A stretch of 64,000 bases of DNA from Pseudomonadota bacterium. Its GTDB lineage: Bacteria > Myxococcota > JACRCW01 > JAFGSX01. The translations under genes were made by a program, and so were the position numbers. Below are positions 1 through 9,728 of the stretch, piece by piece (the stretch's first letter is position 1; every line of letters begins with the position of its first letter). The stretch lies in contig JBDRCO010000037.1 in the NCBI GenBank assembly GCA_043821645.1, positions 64,001 through 128,000 of the forward strand, written 5' to 3'. The notes beneath the pieces are model-generated. The model did not search any database. It saw only the letters and a program-made list of their open reading frames with translations, and was not told the origin of the DNA.

Positions 1-1
1 T

Positions 2-2512
2 GAACTGCGCCTGGTCGACGAGGAACTGGCGCGGCACCGGGCGCAGCTGGCTGCCCTGGTGGCCGACCCGTCGCTGCTGGGTCTGCTGCGCAGCCTGGAT
101 GCCATGGGGCGGCAGGTGTTCCCGGCGGGCGACAGCATGACCACCCTGAGCACCCGCGTGTTCGCCAATCCCCTGATCGCCCAGACCCTGGCCGGTCGGC
201 CGGGCGCCGAGCTGGGCCTGAAGCTGGACACGGGACCCCTGCGTGAACGCCTGGACCGGGACAGTCTGGCGCTGCTGCGCGACGTGCCCCTGCCGCCCTC
301 GGACCCCGCGGCCCTGAGCCTGCTCACCTCATCCCACGAGCTGCTCGACCTGGTGGCCGACGTGCTGGAGCAGGGCGAGCGCATCGATGCCGAGACTTTT
401 CACCGGCGCTTCGCGGGCATCCGCTCGGTCACGGACAAGGCCCTGCCTCCCCGCTTTCAGTTCAGCGACGACAGGCGCATGTTGGTGATGGAAGTCAGCG
501 CGGTTCACGACGTGACCCGGCTCGAGTACACCAAGCCCTTCGTGGCCGTGCTCGAGCGCGTGGCCCAGGCGCAGCAGCAACAGGCACAGGACGTCAAGAT
601 AGGGCTCACGGGCATGCCCGTGCTCTATGCCAGCGACGAGCGCACCGTACTCGACAACTTCGCCCTGGTCTCCATCCTGGGCCTGCTGGGCATCCTGGCG
701 GTGTTCATCATCGGTTTTCAGCAGGTGGCGCTGCCGTCACTGGCTGCCATCCCCCTGATCGTTGGGGTGCTGTGGACCCTGGGCCTGCAGGGTCTGGCGC
801 GGCCACAACTCAACATGTTCAACCTGCTGTTCCCGGTGCTGCTGTTCGGGCTTGGAATCGACTTCGCGATTCACATCATCAACGGCTTCGCGCAGCTCCG
901 GAGCCAGGGCCGAAGTTCTTCGGAGGCGCTTCACCAGACCTACGACGCGGTGGTGCCCAGCCTGGTCACCGGCGCGCTGACCACCGCTGCCGCCTTCTTT
1001 GCCATGCTCCTGGCCTCGCTCAAGGGGGTGCGGGAGCTCGGCTTCACCGCAGGGAGCGGAGTGCTGCTGGCACTGCTCTCGATGCTGCTGATGCTGCCTG
1101 CCTTGCTGCTGCTCTGGGACAGGCGGCGCGAACGCGGCGGTGTGCCCGTACCGCATCTCGAATTCGTGACCATGGGCAAGCTGGGCGCGCTGCTGGTGCG
1201 ACTGCGCTATGCCGTGCTGGCGCTGTTCCTCGTCGTCACCATCGTGCTGGCCTACTTCACTCCCCGGGTTGGCCTGGATCGCGACGCCGGGCGCATCGCC
1301 CCACAACACACACCCGCAGCCACGTTGCAGAAGTCTGTGCTCGAGAAGATGAAGATGGGCCTCGAGCCCAGCGTGTTCTTTGCAGCCGACCTCGTGGAGG
1401 CCGAGCGCATCCGCATTGCAGCCAGCCATGCGCACACCTTGTCGGAGCCGCTGTCCATCACGGCGGCCCTCCCGATGGAGCAGGAAACCAAGGGCCCTGT
1501 CCTCGACGCCATCGCCGAGAAGATCGACACCGTGCTGGCCTCGCCCCGGGCGACAAGCCCCGACTATACGGAGGCCGAGCTGGCGGAGCTGGGCACGCGC
1601 ATGGCGCGCCTCAAACGAACGGGCCTGGAGCTGTCGATGCTGTCCGCCCTGCTGTACGAGGCACCCACCCGGCAGCGCGTGGGTGAGATTCGCGACGACC
1701 TGAATCGCATCGACGGCCGCATCGGCGTCGCCAGCGTCGAGCGTCTGCGCTACCTGGACCGTTTGATTCGCGCCGAGGTTCAAGGTGCCACCACCGTGCT
1801 CGCGGCCATGGCCCACCACCGTCGCGTTGCGGTCGAGGACCTGCCGCGCGATCTTCTCGAGCGCGTCCAGGGCCTGGATGGCTCGTGGATGGTGGTGGTG
1901 CGTGCCAATAGCTACGCCTTCGACGAGCAGTTCTTGCGCGCCCACATCGAAGAGATGCGCACCATCTCGCCCGAGTTCACGGGCTTCGTGCCGGTGTGGC
2001 ACCGCATGCTCGAGATCATCCTGGACGACCTGCCTCGGCTGTTCGGGGCCACGCTGATCGCCGTGGCTCTGCTGGTGCTGCTCGGCCTGCGGTCGCTGCG
2101 CGCCTCGGTACTCAGTCTGGTGCCGCTGCTGGTCGGCCTGCTGTGGACAGTTGGCACCATGGGTTTGCTGGGGCTGTCTTTCAATGTGGTGAGCGTTCTG
2201 GCGGTGCCTCTCATCGTGGGCATAGGCATCGACAACGGCGTGCACCTGGTGCACCGCATTCGCCATGACCACGACGTGGGCCTGGCCCTCGCGCACACCG
2301 GAAAACCCATCCTGCTGACCTCGCTGACCACAGGCATAGGCTTCGGCAGCCTGCTGCTCAGCGTGCACCCAGGCATTTTTTCTCTCGGTCTCACCACAAC
2401 CCTGGGCATCCTGTGCTGCTTGCTGGTGTCGTTGCTGCTGGTGCCGGCCCTGGTGGCGATTTTTGACGAGGACAGCTTGAAGCCCGCCACCTCACCGACG
2501 GACGAGCCATGA
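2..2512 (+). CDS. MMPL/RND-superfamily inner-membrane transporter (HpnN-like), 5'-truncated by the window edge
   Basis: The frame is open from base 2. There are two MMPL transmembrane bundles, with motifs GLTGMP...LFGLGIDFAIH...GALTTAAAF and IVGIGIDNGVH...TSLTTGIGFGSL, separated by large periplasmic domains. Confidence 0.9.
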   Translation, partial: ELRLVDEELARHRAQLAALVADPSLLGLLRSLDAMGRQVFPAGDSMTTLSTRVFANPLIAQTLAGRPGAELGLKLDTGPLRERLDRDSLALLRDVPLPPSDPAALSLLTSSHELLDLVADVLEQGERIDAETFHRRFAGIRSVTDKALPPRFQFSDDRRMLVMEVSAVHDVTRLEYTKPFVAVLERVAQAQQQQAQDVKIGLTGMPVLYASDERTVLDNFALVSILGLLGILAVFIIGFQQVALPSLAAIPLIVGVLWTLGLQGLARPQLNMFNLLFPVLLFGLGIDFAIHIINGFAQLRSQGRSSSEALHQTYDAVVPSLVTGALTTAAAFFAMLLASLKGVRELGFTAGSGVLLALLSMLLMLPALLLLWDRRRERGGVPVPHLEFVTMGKLGALLVRLRYAVLALFLVVTIVLAYFTPRVGLDRDAGRIAPQHTPAATLQKSVLEKMKMGLEPSVFFAADLVEAERIRIAASHAHTLSEPLSITAALPMEQETKGPVLDAIAEKIDTVLASPRATSPDYTEAELAELGTRMARLKRTGLELSMLSALLYEAPTRQRVGEIRDDLNRIDGRIGVASVERLRYLDRLIRAEVQGATTVLAAMAHHRRVAVEDLPRDLLERVQGLDGSWMVVVRANSYAFDEQFLRAHIEEMRTISPEFTGFVPVWHRMLEIILDDLPRLFGATLIAVALLVLLGLRSLRASVLSLVPLLVGLLWTVGTMGLLGLSFNVVSVLAVPLIVGIGIDNGVHLVHRIRHDHDVGLALAHTGKPILLTSLTTGIGFGSLLLSVHPGIFSLGLTTTLGILCCLLVSLLLVPALVAIFDEDSLKPATSPTDEP

Positions 2513-3738
2513 GGGCAACACTCACCTTGGTTCTTTGCGTCATGCTCCTCGGCTGCCCCGGGCGGTCAGTAGACCCCCTTGCGGAGGAGCGTGCACGTCT
2601 GGTCGAGCTCGAACGCGAGGCCCTGATCGAAGGCTGGCCCGCCGAGGCGGTTCTCGTCGTCCCGGCCCCGACTCTGGCTGCGAAGATACAGCAGGGCTTC
2701 GCTAACGCCCTGGCGGCGGGTCAAGACGCCCTGCACCTGGAGCCTGGGCTGGGGGTGAGCCTCGACGCCATACCGGACCTGCAGGTTGCAGGCGTGCAGG
2801 TCGAACCTAGCGCGGAGTGCGCGCAATGTGTGCGGGCCCGCGTCCAGCTGAAGGGAACCCTGGCATTGAAAGGGAGCGGCTGGGGGCTGCAACTCGAGCA
2901 TGAACAGAAGCTGCATGTGTCCCTGGCTGGTGTGATGGAGTCCTGGCTGACCTCCGAGGGAGGTGTGCATCGCGTCCAAGCTCGACCCAGGGCCAGCGAG
3001 ACCTGGACCGTGTTGATCGAGATTGAGTCCCTGCCTTCGACCTGGAACCAGGGTCTGGCCCGATTCATCGAGCAGCAGGTCGAGAAGTCCCTCCAAGAGA
3101 AACCCTGGCCCCCGGTCGACGTGCTCGAGGTCGAGGGTGAAAGCCCGGTTCGGTTGCGCGGCATTCGACTCGAGGCCGGGCCAGACGGTGGACTCATCAT
3201 TGCGCTGGCCTTCGCGGCCCTCACGCCAGGGACCGTCTCGGCCATTCCTTCCGTGGAGTCCGGGATCCTGCTGCTGGTCCCCGAGACCACCGCCCTGGCC
3301 CTGGTGCGCGCCACCGCATTGCGTCAGGCTCCGGTGGACGGGCACGCGGTCGAACCCTTGCGCATCGAGTTTCGGGAGGACCGCTTCGAGCTGTGGTTGC
3401 GAATCTGGGAGGTGTCTTCTCGACCCACCGCACGTGATTTTCACGTGCGCGGCCTGGTTCGCATTGAGGAGCAGCGACAGATTCTTCTGGAGGCCCAGGG
3501 CGCTCGCGAGCTCGGTCCAACAGGTCAGCGCTACGACCCCCTCAGTCTGCTGACCCGGGCAGCGATCCTGCAGAAGTTGGGAGCCAGTCTGTCGGCTGCG
3601 CTACCCGCGACCGTGCGTCGTGAGAGCCTGGGCCAGGTCGCCGCACTTCGTGTCGTGGGCGTCCAGGGTCAGGCAGATGCGCTCACGGTCCGGATGCAGC
3701 TGGAGCTGACCCGGGCTGAGCTCCCTGCGCCACTATGA
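2509..3738 (+). CDS. Hypothetical lipoprotein, translationally coupled to the MMPL gene
   Basis: 409-aa ORF with ATGA overlap on the MMPL stop codon. Signal peptide ends in lipobox LLG-C. No family recognised. Confidence 0.75.
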   Translation: MRATLTLVLCVMLLGCPGRSVDPLAEERARLVELEREALIEGWPAEAVLVVPAPTLAAKIQQGFANALAAGQDALHLEPGLGVSLDAIPDLQVAGVQVEPSAECAQCVRARVQLKGTLALKGSGWGLQLEHEQKLHVSLAGVMESWLTSEGGVHRVQARPRASETWTVLIEIESLPSTWNQGLARFIEQQVEKSLQEKPWPPVDVLEVEGESPVRLRGIRLEAGPDGGLIIALAFAALTPGTVSAIPSVESGILLLVPETTALALVRATALRQAPVDGHAVEPLRIEFREDRFELWLRIWEVSSRPTARDFHVRGLVRIEEQRQILLEAQGARELGPTGQRYDPLSLLTRAAILQKLGASLSAALPATVRRESLGQVAALRVVGVQGQADALTVRMQLELTRAELPAPL

Positions 3739-3795
3739 GCTGACGATCCCTCGTCGCAAGGCCGGTGCAGCGACGTCGATGATCTGCGCCGCAGG

Positions 3796-4776
3796 TCAGT
3801 CGACCGGACACTGGTGTACGGCGTCGGTGCAGATCCACTGTCCGCTCGCGCACAGGCGCGACGAAGTCGCCAGCGCAACGGTGGTCGCGTCCACTGTGAT
3901 GTCGCCGATCTCCCAGAACTCGCCCGGCGCCAGCGTGTGCTGCTGTGTCGCCCGCTTGACGCCCAGGCTCCACAGCTCGACCGTGGCCGTGACGTCGGGA
4001 AGTGATGGGCCGGGCTGGTAGTGCACCGCCGTGGTGTAGGTCGCTTGCAGCGGATCCACGATGCGCAGGATCTCTGGTCCGCTTCCGATCTGCGCGCTGC
4101 CAAAGAGCACAGGATCCGCAGCGCTGCGGTCGCTGCTCTGATCCCAGTCCACGTGGGTACTGGCGCTGTCTGCACAGTTGGCCCAGTAGCAGGCGTCGTC
4201 GGTGCACCAGGCTCCGCTGTTGAACGAGAGATGCAGGTCGAGATCGCCCTGGGCGCTGTTCCAGATCAGCAGCAGACAGAGGCCTCCACTACTGCAGTCG
4301 CCGACCGTGGTGCCGCTGTCGGGAACCAGGCTGTCCGCAGCGGTTGCGTCTGTCGTGAGCGCAGCGTCTTGCGGCACGTCCGGCTGGCCGAGGTCTGTGG
4401 CCGAGGCGTCCTCGATTGCGGCGTCGGTCTGCGCGGCATCGTCGAGTGTGGCGTCCACCGACATCGTATCGATGGTGAGAAGATCCGTGACCTCATGGTC
4501 GGAAGCAGGGGCATCGACGGAAGTCAGGTCCGTCGCGGTCCTGTCCAGTGCGGTCCCGGTGTCTGGTAAGACGACATCTGTCGACTCGGTGTCCCCGGCG
4601 ATCGCGTCAGGGATGGCGATGTCTCCATCCCCTGTGTCGAACACGCGGGCATCCGTGCTGGCATCGGCGCGCGGTCGGGTCCCGGCATCGTCGATGTGAA
4701 CAGGCCCGGCACAGTCACAGGCCTGCAGCGCGCCGAGCAGGAGCCCGACGCCGGCGAGGGAGGCCAGACCACGCAT
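3796..4776 (-). CDS. Lipoprotein with Asp-periodic linker and C-terminal YfaP/DUF2135-like domain
   Basis: Lipobox LQA-CDC followed by a D-x4 linker. The C-terminal part has W-N...GDLDLHL...CYWANC...GSGPEILRI...YTTAVHY motifs. The ATG overlaps the upstream stop (TGATG). Confidence 0.75.
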   Translation of the reverse strand: MRGLASLAGVGLLLGALQACDCAGPVHIDDAGTRPRADASTDARVFDTGDGDIAIPDAIAGDTESTDVVLPDTGTALDRTATDLTSVDAPASDHEVTDLLTIDTMSVDATLDDAAQTDAAIEDASATDLGQPDVPQDAALTTDATAADSLVPDSGTTVGDCSSGGLCLLLIWNSAQGDLDLHLSFNSGAWCTDDACYWANCADSASTHVDWDQSSDRSAADPVLFGSAQIGSGPEILRIVDPLQATYTTAVHYQPGPSLPDVTATVELWSLGVKRATQQHTLAPGEFWEIGDITVDATTVALATSSRLCASGQWICTDAVHQCPVD

Positions 4777-7700
4777 CACAGGCTGCCGTAGTCGCGATCC
4801 TGGATGGTGGCCTCGCCCACGGGCATCATCGCCACGTTCGTGTTGCTCGCCATGGGAACACCGGTGAAGCCGGGCATGGCGATGTTGATCTTCTCGTTGG
4901 CCTGCAGGTTGAAGCGTGCGGCATCTTCCTTGGCGATCTTGATCTGGAAGAGGTAATTGCCCTGTCCCTGACGACCGTCGTTGTCGGTGTAGGCAAAGGT
5001 CTGGTTGATGACGACGTCGACGAAGGCGTCGTTGCGATCCACTGTGTCGATGGTGAAGTCCTTGCGGCTGGTCGAGCCCAGGGTGTGGGCGACCACGATG
5101 CCTCGCACGTCCTCGCCCGAGGGGAGCTTGAACGTGACCACGCCAGCATTGGCGTCAACCGCCTGGCTGCCACTCTGCACACTGGTGGCGAGTCCGGGCG
5201 TGCTCATGTTCACGTGGTGCTGGTTGCCGTTGCGATCGCGCACGGTGACGCCAAAGGTCGAGCGCGCCGAATGCGGGAACTCGGCCTTGAACCGACCCTC
5301 GCCGTCGACCTCGACCTCGGTCTTGTGGTCCTTGCCGTCTGGGGTGCGGCTCGAGATGACCAGGGTGCTGAAGGGCTCGACCGCAAGCTGCTCGCCGCTC
5401 AGGGCCCACAGCGGTGAGTCGCCTCGCATCTTGCCGTCCTTGTCAAAGGTCGAGTTCTCGAGCTTGGTGGCGCCGGTCCTGAAGTAGGGGGGGCGGTCGT
5501 CGCTCTTGATGGGCACCGCCGAGACTCCGGTGGACACCTGGCCGCTGCGGACCAGGTAGCTGTCCGTGGGCACCACCATCATGGCGCTCTGCTTGCCGTC
5601 GCGGGTCAGGCTGATCACGCCGAGCTGGTCGCCCGAGCGGACCTGGTTACCGCCGCCCACGACGCTGAACTTGCCGTCGGGGCCGGCCACGGTCTCGGCC
5701 ACCAGGGTCTTGTTACCCTCTGAGACGTTGAAGATCTGAACGATGTCGCCGGGGGTGGCGCGGCCCTTCATGCGCAGCGGTGTCGCGTCGTACTGGTAGC
5801 CGCGATTGTTGTTGCTCTGCGGGAACATGAGCACGCTGGCGGATTCGATGCGCGGAGCCGGGTGCGCGCCGCGCTCGCCGTCTCCGACCTGGCCCACGCC
5901 CGAGACCTTGCCCAGCAGGGCCGTACGCGCGTCGATGAGCGACATGGCGCCGGTGCGTGGCTTGCTGCTCTCGGCGCGGGTCGCATCGGCATCCTGAGGT
6001 GGCACCTTGCCACGGCCGAGCAGCTCGAAGGGGAAGCCTGTCGCCGGGAAGGCGTCCTGGGCAGCCTTAGTGATGGCGTCCTTCTGGTCTGGGAACTGCA
6101 CGGCCAGCCGGTCAAAGACGTAGAGCATGGTCTTGGCCGCGCCCATGGCACGGTCATATTCCAGGTCGCCCGGCTCCTTGCCCTGGTCGTAAGCGACCGC
6201 TGCGAAGGCCAGCGCGCCCTTGAGGGCCAGGGTCAAGCTGGCGAGGTGCTGCGGCACCTGGATGGGGCTGTTGGGGTTGCCCATGTTGACCTGGCCCATC
6301 ACGTAGTCCACACCCACCGAGGAGCTGTAGTTCTGGTTGTTGGTGCCCTGGTAGGTGAAGTTGAGGCAGCTCGTGCCCTGGTTTTCGGACAGGGAGAGCT
6401 TGGCCGAGTTCATGGCCGGCAGGCCGAACTTGTCCTTCAGCGCTGGCGGGAAGTAGTCGAAGCTCGACTCGTTCTTGCTCTCGTCGGTGCGGGCGCCAAA
6501 GAACTCGCGCTTGTAGTTGAGCGCGACGTCGCTCTCGGGCGCGGTGGTGGAACCCGTGTTGATGGTGAAGGGCGTCAGCCAGGCGTCCTCGAGGTCCAGG
6601 CTGCCCTTGCCGACGGCATCCAGGCAACCCTTGAGCGTGTGGTCATCCGAGCGCACGTGCTTCTCGGGTATCTTGCAGGTCTCACCCAGGCCAGGCACGC
6701 GCCAGCCGTGTAGCTCCATGGGGAACTTGCGGCCGGCCGCGTCGAGCACCATGAAGTTGAGCTGGTCGCCGACGTTGACCCCACGCAGCAGGCCCTGCAG
6801 TCGCCCGTTCTGGTCTGCGCGCAGATACTGCATGACCTTGCCCTCGCGCACCACTGCGAGCTGGCCAAAGGGGGGCAGCCCCTCGACGTTAGGCATCCTG
6901 AGGAAGGGACCGCGCTGGTCGCGCTGGCCGTGGATGAACAGATCTTGTGGTGGACCCTGGATGGCCTCGATCACGGCCGTGACGTCGGGCTGAGCCTGGT
7001 TGAGCTTCTCGGCCGGCACCAGGAAGCCGAAGCCGCGGCCGACCTTCTCGGGTAGCATGACGGCCAGGCTGGCCTCGCTGGTGATGTTGCCACTGGCATC
7101 GCGGGCGATGATCTCGAGGGTATCGAAGTTGTCGATGCCGCCCACCGCCGCATTGATCGAGCCCTTCTCGTCGGCGTTGAGCTCGAACAGGTCGCCGGTG
7201 CCGGTATTGCGCAAGATCACGGCACCGTTGGGGACGGTGACGCCGGCGGCCTTGAAGTGCACCCACGGCGGGCCATCCCCGACCACCTGGTCCGCGTCGG
7301 GACGGGAGGCCTGGGGTGGCTTGAGCACGCCGCCGGCCAGGGCCTCGAGACGCAGGGCCACGGGCGGGGCCACGTAGTCCACGTCGATGCCCTTGTCGTT
7401 GATGTCCTTGACCTCGACCTTGAGGCGCTGACCGGGCTCGAAACCAAAGACCTTGAGCCCGAACTTGCCCAGGCTGTCGGCCTTGGTCACGTAGTCCTGG
7501 CCGTTGACGCGCACGTTGATGGTGCTGTTGGGCTCGACCGAATCGTCGCCACCGACCAGCTCCAGGGCATAGGGGTCGCCCGCCTTGGCTGGTGGGGTGA
7601 AGGTCGCGGTCACCTTGTCGTTCTGGAAGAAGGGGTTGCGGGTGTCGTGCTTGCTGTTCAGCGCCTGCAGGGTCGTGCTCTCGCTGTTGCCGACCACGCT

Positions 7701-8306
7701 GCCGTAGCGTGTGTAGGTGATCTTGGTGGTGGTCGCCTGGAAGGGCTCGGTGGGCACCACCACGGGCTTCGAGGGTTTGCCCGAGTCATCAATGACACGG
7801 ATACCGATCTGGTCGCCGAACTCGAACTTGGTCTCGTCGGTGAGTTCGAAGCGGAAGCGGCCGTTGGCGTCTGCCTTGCAGTCTCCGATGACGGGGCGAC
7901 CGGGCTGCGAGGCATTGTAGAATTCGACCTTGGCGCCGGCCTCGGCGTGGCCCGTGATGTTGAGCGGATCGCGATAGCGTCCCGGGGGCGCCGGTGGCGG
8001 CGGGGTGGTGTCGATGGTGCGCTCGACCACCTGCAGCTTGGTGATGCGCGCCTCGGTGACGCGGGCGGGCGAGGCCGTGGGATTGCTGGTGTTGGGTTTG
8101 AACTCGAAGCAATCCTGGTAGTACTGCTGGACGAAGTTCACCAGCTTGTCAAAGGCCCGGACATCGTCGAACTTGCCGTGGCACTTGTCGCAGACCTCCT
8201 GCAGGGCCTTCATCTGGGTGGCATCACCCTTGGCCTCCTGCATGGCCTCGCGCACCATCTTGCCGGTGATGACCTGGGCAGTCTGCATGCTGGCGATCGT
8301 CGACAT
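4776..8306 (-). CDS. Large protein (about 1176 aa) with about six bacterial Ig-like repeats and no signal peptide
   Basis: Long ORF with strongly GC3-biased codons and a GAGG RBS. It has repeated modules such as ITGHAEAGAKVEFYN...ADANGRF and MKGRATPGDIVQIFN...AGPDGKF, most ending in DxxG. Confidence 0.8.
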   Translation of the reverse strand: MSTIASMQTAQVITGKMVREAMQEAKGDATQMKALQEVCDKCHGKFDDVRAFDKLVNFVQQYYQDCFEFKPNTSNPTASPARVTEARITKLQVVERTIDTTPPPPAPPGRYRDPLNITGHAEAGAKVEFYNASQPGRPVIGDCKADANGRFRFELTDETKFEFGDQIGIRVIDDSGKPSKPVVVPTEPFQATTTKITYTRYGSVVGNSESTTLQALNSKHDTRNPFFQNDKVTATFTPPAKAGDPYALELVGGDDSVEPNSTINVRVNGQDYVTKADSLGKFGLKVFGFEPGQRLKVEVKDINDKGIDVDYVAPPVALRLEALAGGVLKPPQASRPDADQVVGDGPPWVHFKAAGVTVPNGAVILRNTGTGDLFELNADEKGSINAAVGGIDNFDTLEIIARDASGNITSEASLAVMLPEKVGRGFGFLVPAEKLNQAQPDVTAVIEAIQGPPQDLFIHGQRDQRGPFLRMPNVEGLPPFGQLAVVREGKVMQYLRADQNGRLQGLLRGVNVGDQLNFMVLDAAGRKFPMELHGWRVPGLGETCKIPEKHVRSDDHTLKGCLDAVGKGSLDLEDAWLTPFTINTGSTTAPESDVALNYKREFFGARTDESKNESSFDYFPPALKDKFGLPAMNSAKLSLSENQGTSCLNFTYQGTNNQNYSSSVGVDYVMGQVNMGNPNSPIQVPQHLASLTLALKGALAFAAVAYDQGKEPGDLEYDRAMGAAKTMLYVFDRLAVQFPDQKDAITKAAQDAFPATGFPFELLGRGKVPPQDADATRAESSKPRTGAMSLIDARTALLGKVSGVGQVGDGERGAHPAPRIESASVLMFPQSNNNRGYQYDATPLRMKGRATPGDIVQIFNVSEGNKTLVAETVAGPDGKFSVVGGGNQVRSGDQLGVISLTRDGKQSAMMVVPTDSYLVRSGQVSTGVSAVPIKSDDRPPYFRTGATKLENSTFDKDGKMRGDSPLWALSGEQLAVEPFSTLVISSRTPDGKDHKTEVEVDGEGRFKAEFPHSARSTFGVTVRDRNGNQHHVNMSTPGLATSVQSGSQAVDANAGVVTFKLPSGEDVRGIVVAHTLGSTSRKDFTIDTVDRNDAFVDVVINQTFAYTDNDGRQGQGNYLFQIKIAKEDAARFNLQANEKINIAMPGFTGVPMASNTNVAMMPVGEATIQDRDYGSL

Positions 8307-8533
8307 CACAACACCTCACTCGAAGTGGTTTGGACAGATCCGGGGCCCCTTTGGGGCTGGGCTGCACATATATATGAGAAGACGCCGAACTTTGGCGAGG
8401 GTCGCACGAAAAGCCCAGCAGGGCCTTGTCCTGGACCCGGCGAGGCCCGTAGCGTGGTCTTGGTCCTCAACCTGCACCGCCCCCGAGGTTCAGCGCAAAG
8501 CAGAATCGTCTCGGGCACGTAGGGGAGATTGTC

Positions 8534-9691
8534 ATGGACGCCGACCCCATCTATCTCGACCACAATGCCACCACCCCAGTCGCATCCGAGGTGGTCGAGG
8601 CCATGCTGCCCTACCTGCGCGAGCACTTCGGCAATCCGTCGAGCGCTCACGTCTTTGGCCAGCGCGCTCACGCGGCTGTCGAGGTCGCGCGAGAGCAGGT
8701 GGCGGCTTTACTCGGCGCGCAGCCCGACGAGATCCTGTTCACCTCGGGCGGTACCGAGGCCAACAACCTGGCCATCCGTGGTCTGTGCGCCATGCGCAGC
8801 GAGCGACGACACATCCTCACCTCGGCGATCGAACACCCGGCCACGGCCCGTCCCTGCGACGAGCTCGAGTGCCGGGGGATGACCGTGGACCGTGTGTCGG
8901 TCGACGGCGAGGGGAGGCTGCGTCTGGACCGCTTCTCCGAGCTGCTGCGCGCGGACACCGCCCTGATCACTGTCATGCACGCCAACAACGAGACCGGGAC
9001 CTTGCAGCCCATCGAGCGTCTGGTCGAGCTGGCGCGCATGCAGCGCGCGGTCGTGCACACCGATGCCGCCCAGAGCGTGGGCAAGGTACCCGTTCACGTC
9101 GACGAGCTGGGCGTGGACCTGCTGAGCGTGGCAGGACACAAGCTGTACGCTCCCAAGGGTGTTGGCGCCCTCTATCTACGTCGGCGGACGCCCCTGCAAC
9201 CCGTGTTGCTGGGCGCGGGTCACGAGCGGGGACTGCGACCGGGGACCGAGAACGTGGCCTCCATCGTGGGCCTGGGACGCGCTTGCGAGCTGGCCCTGAG
9301 GCTGCTCGTCACCGAGGAGCCCCGGCAGCGTCGACTCAGCGAGCTGCTGTGGCGGGGGCTGGCACAGAGTGTGCCTGGCATCGCGCGCAACGGCCCCACC
9401 GACGAGCGCCTGCCCAACACGCTCAATGTCCGGTTTCCGAACTGTCGCGGCAGCGCGGTGCTGGCCGCGGCCGACGAGATTGCCGCGTCGACCGGCTCCG
9501 CCTGCCACGACGGCGGTGAATCGCCGAGCGCCGTGCTCACGGCGATGGGCATCCCCGCCGAAGCGGCCCTGGGATCGGTGCGCCTGTCCCTGGGCCGGTC
9601 AACCACGGACAGCGACGTGCAGCGTGCCGTCTCTGCGCTGGTGAGGGCTTACAACCAGGTGAGAGCCTCCAAGAGTCTGGGTGCGCCCTGA
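8534..9691 (+). CDS. iscS: Cysteine desulfurase, IscS/NifS family (PLP-dependent)
   Basis: Motifs IYLDHNATTP, FGNPSS, FTSGGTEANN, HANNETG, HTDAAQ, the PLP lysine in AGHK, and the catalytic Cys in STGSAC. Confidence 0.93.
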   Translation: MDADPIYLDHNATTPVASEVVEAMLPYLREHFGNPSSAHVFGQRAHAAVEVAREQVAALLGAQPDEILFTSGGTEANNLAIRGLCAMRSERRHILTSAIEHPATARPCDELECRGMTVDRVSVDGEGRLRLDRFSELLRADTALITVMHANNETGTLQPIERLVELARMQRAVVHTDAAQSVGKVPVHVDELGVDLLSVAGHKLYAPKGVGALYLRRRTPLQPVLLGAGHERGLRPGTENVASIVGLGRACELALRLLVTEEPRQRRLSELLWRGLAQSVPGIARNGPTDERLPNTLNVRFPNCRGSAVLAAADEIAASTGSACHDGGESPSAVLTAMGIPAEAALGSVRLSLGRSTTDSDVQRAVSALVRAYNQVRASKSLGAP

Positions 9692-9728
9692 AACCTGCCT
9701 TCGGGCCCGATCTGGAGCGAGGGCACCG

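Noticed and set aside
8534..9691. Selenocysteine-lyase specialisation suggested by GSACH
   Set aside because: It has EHPA rather than the EHD of Se-specific lyases, and I saw no sel genes or in-frame TGA recoding.
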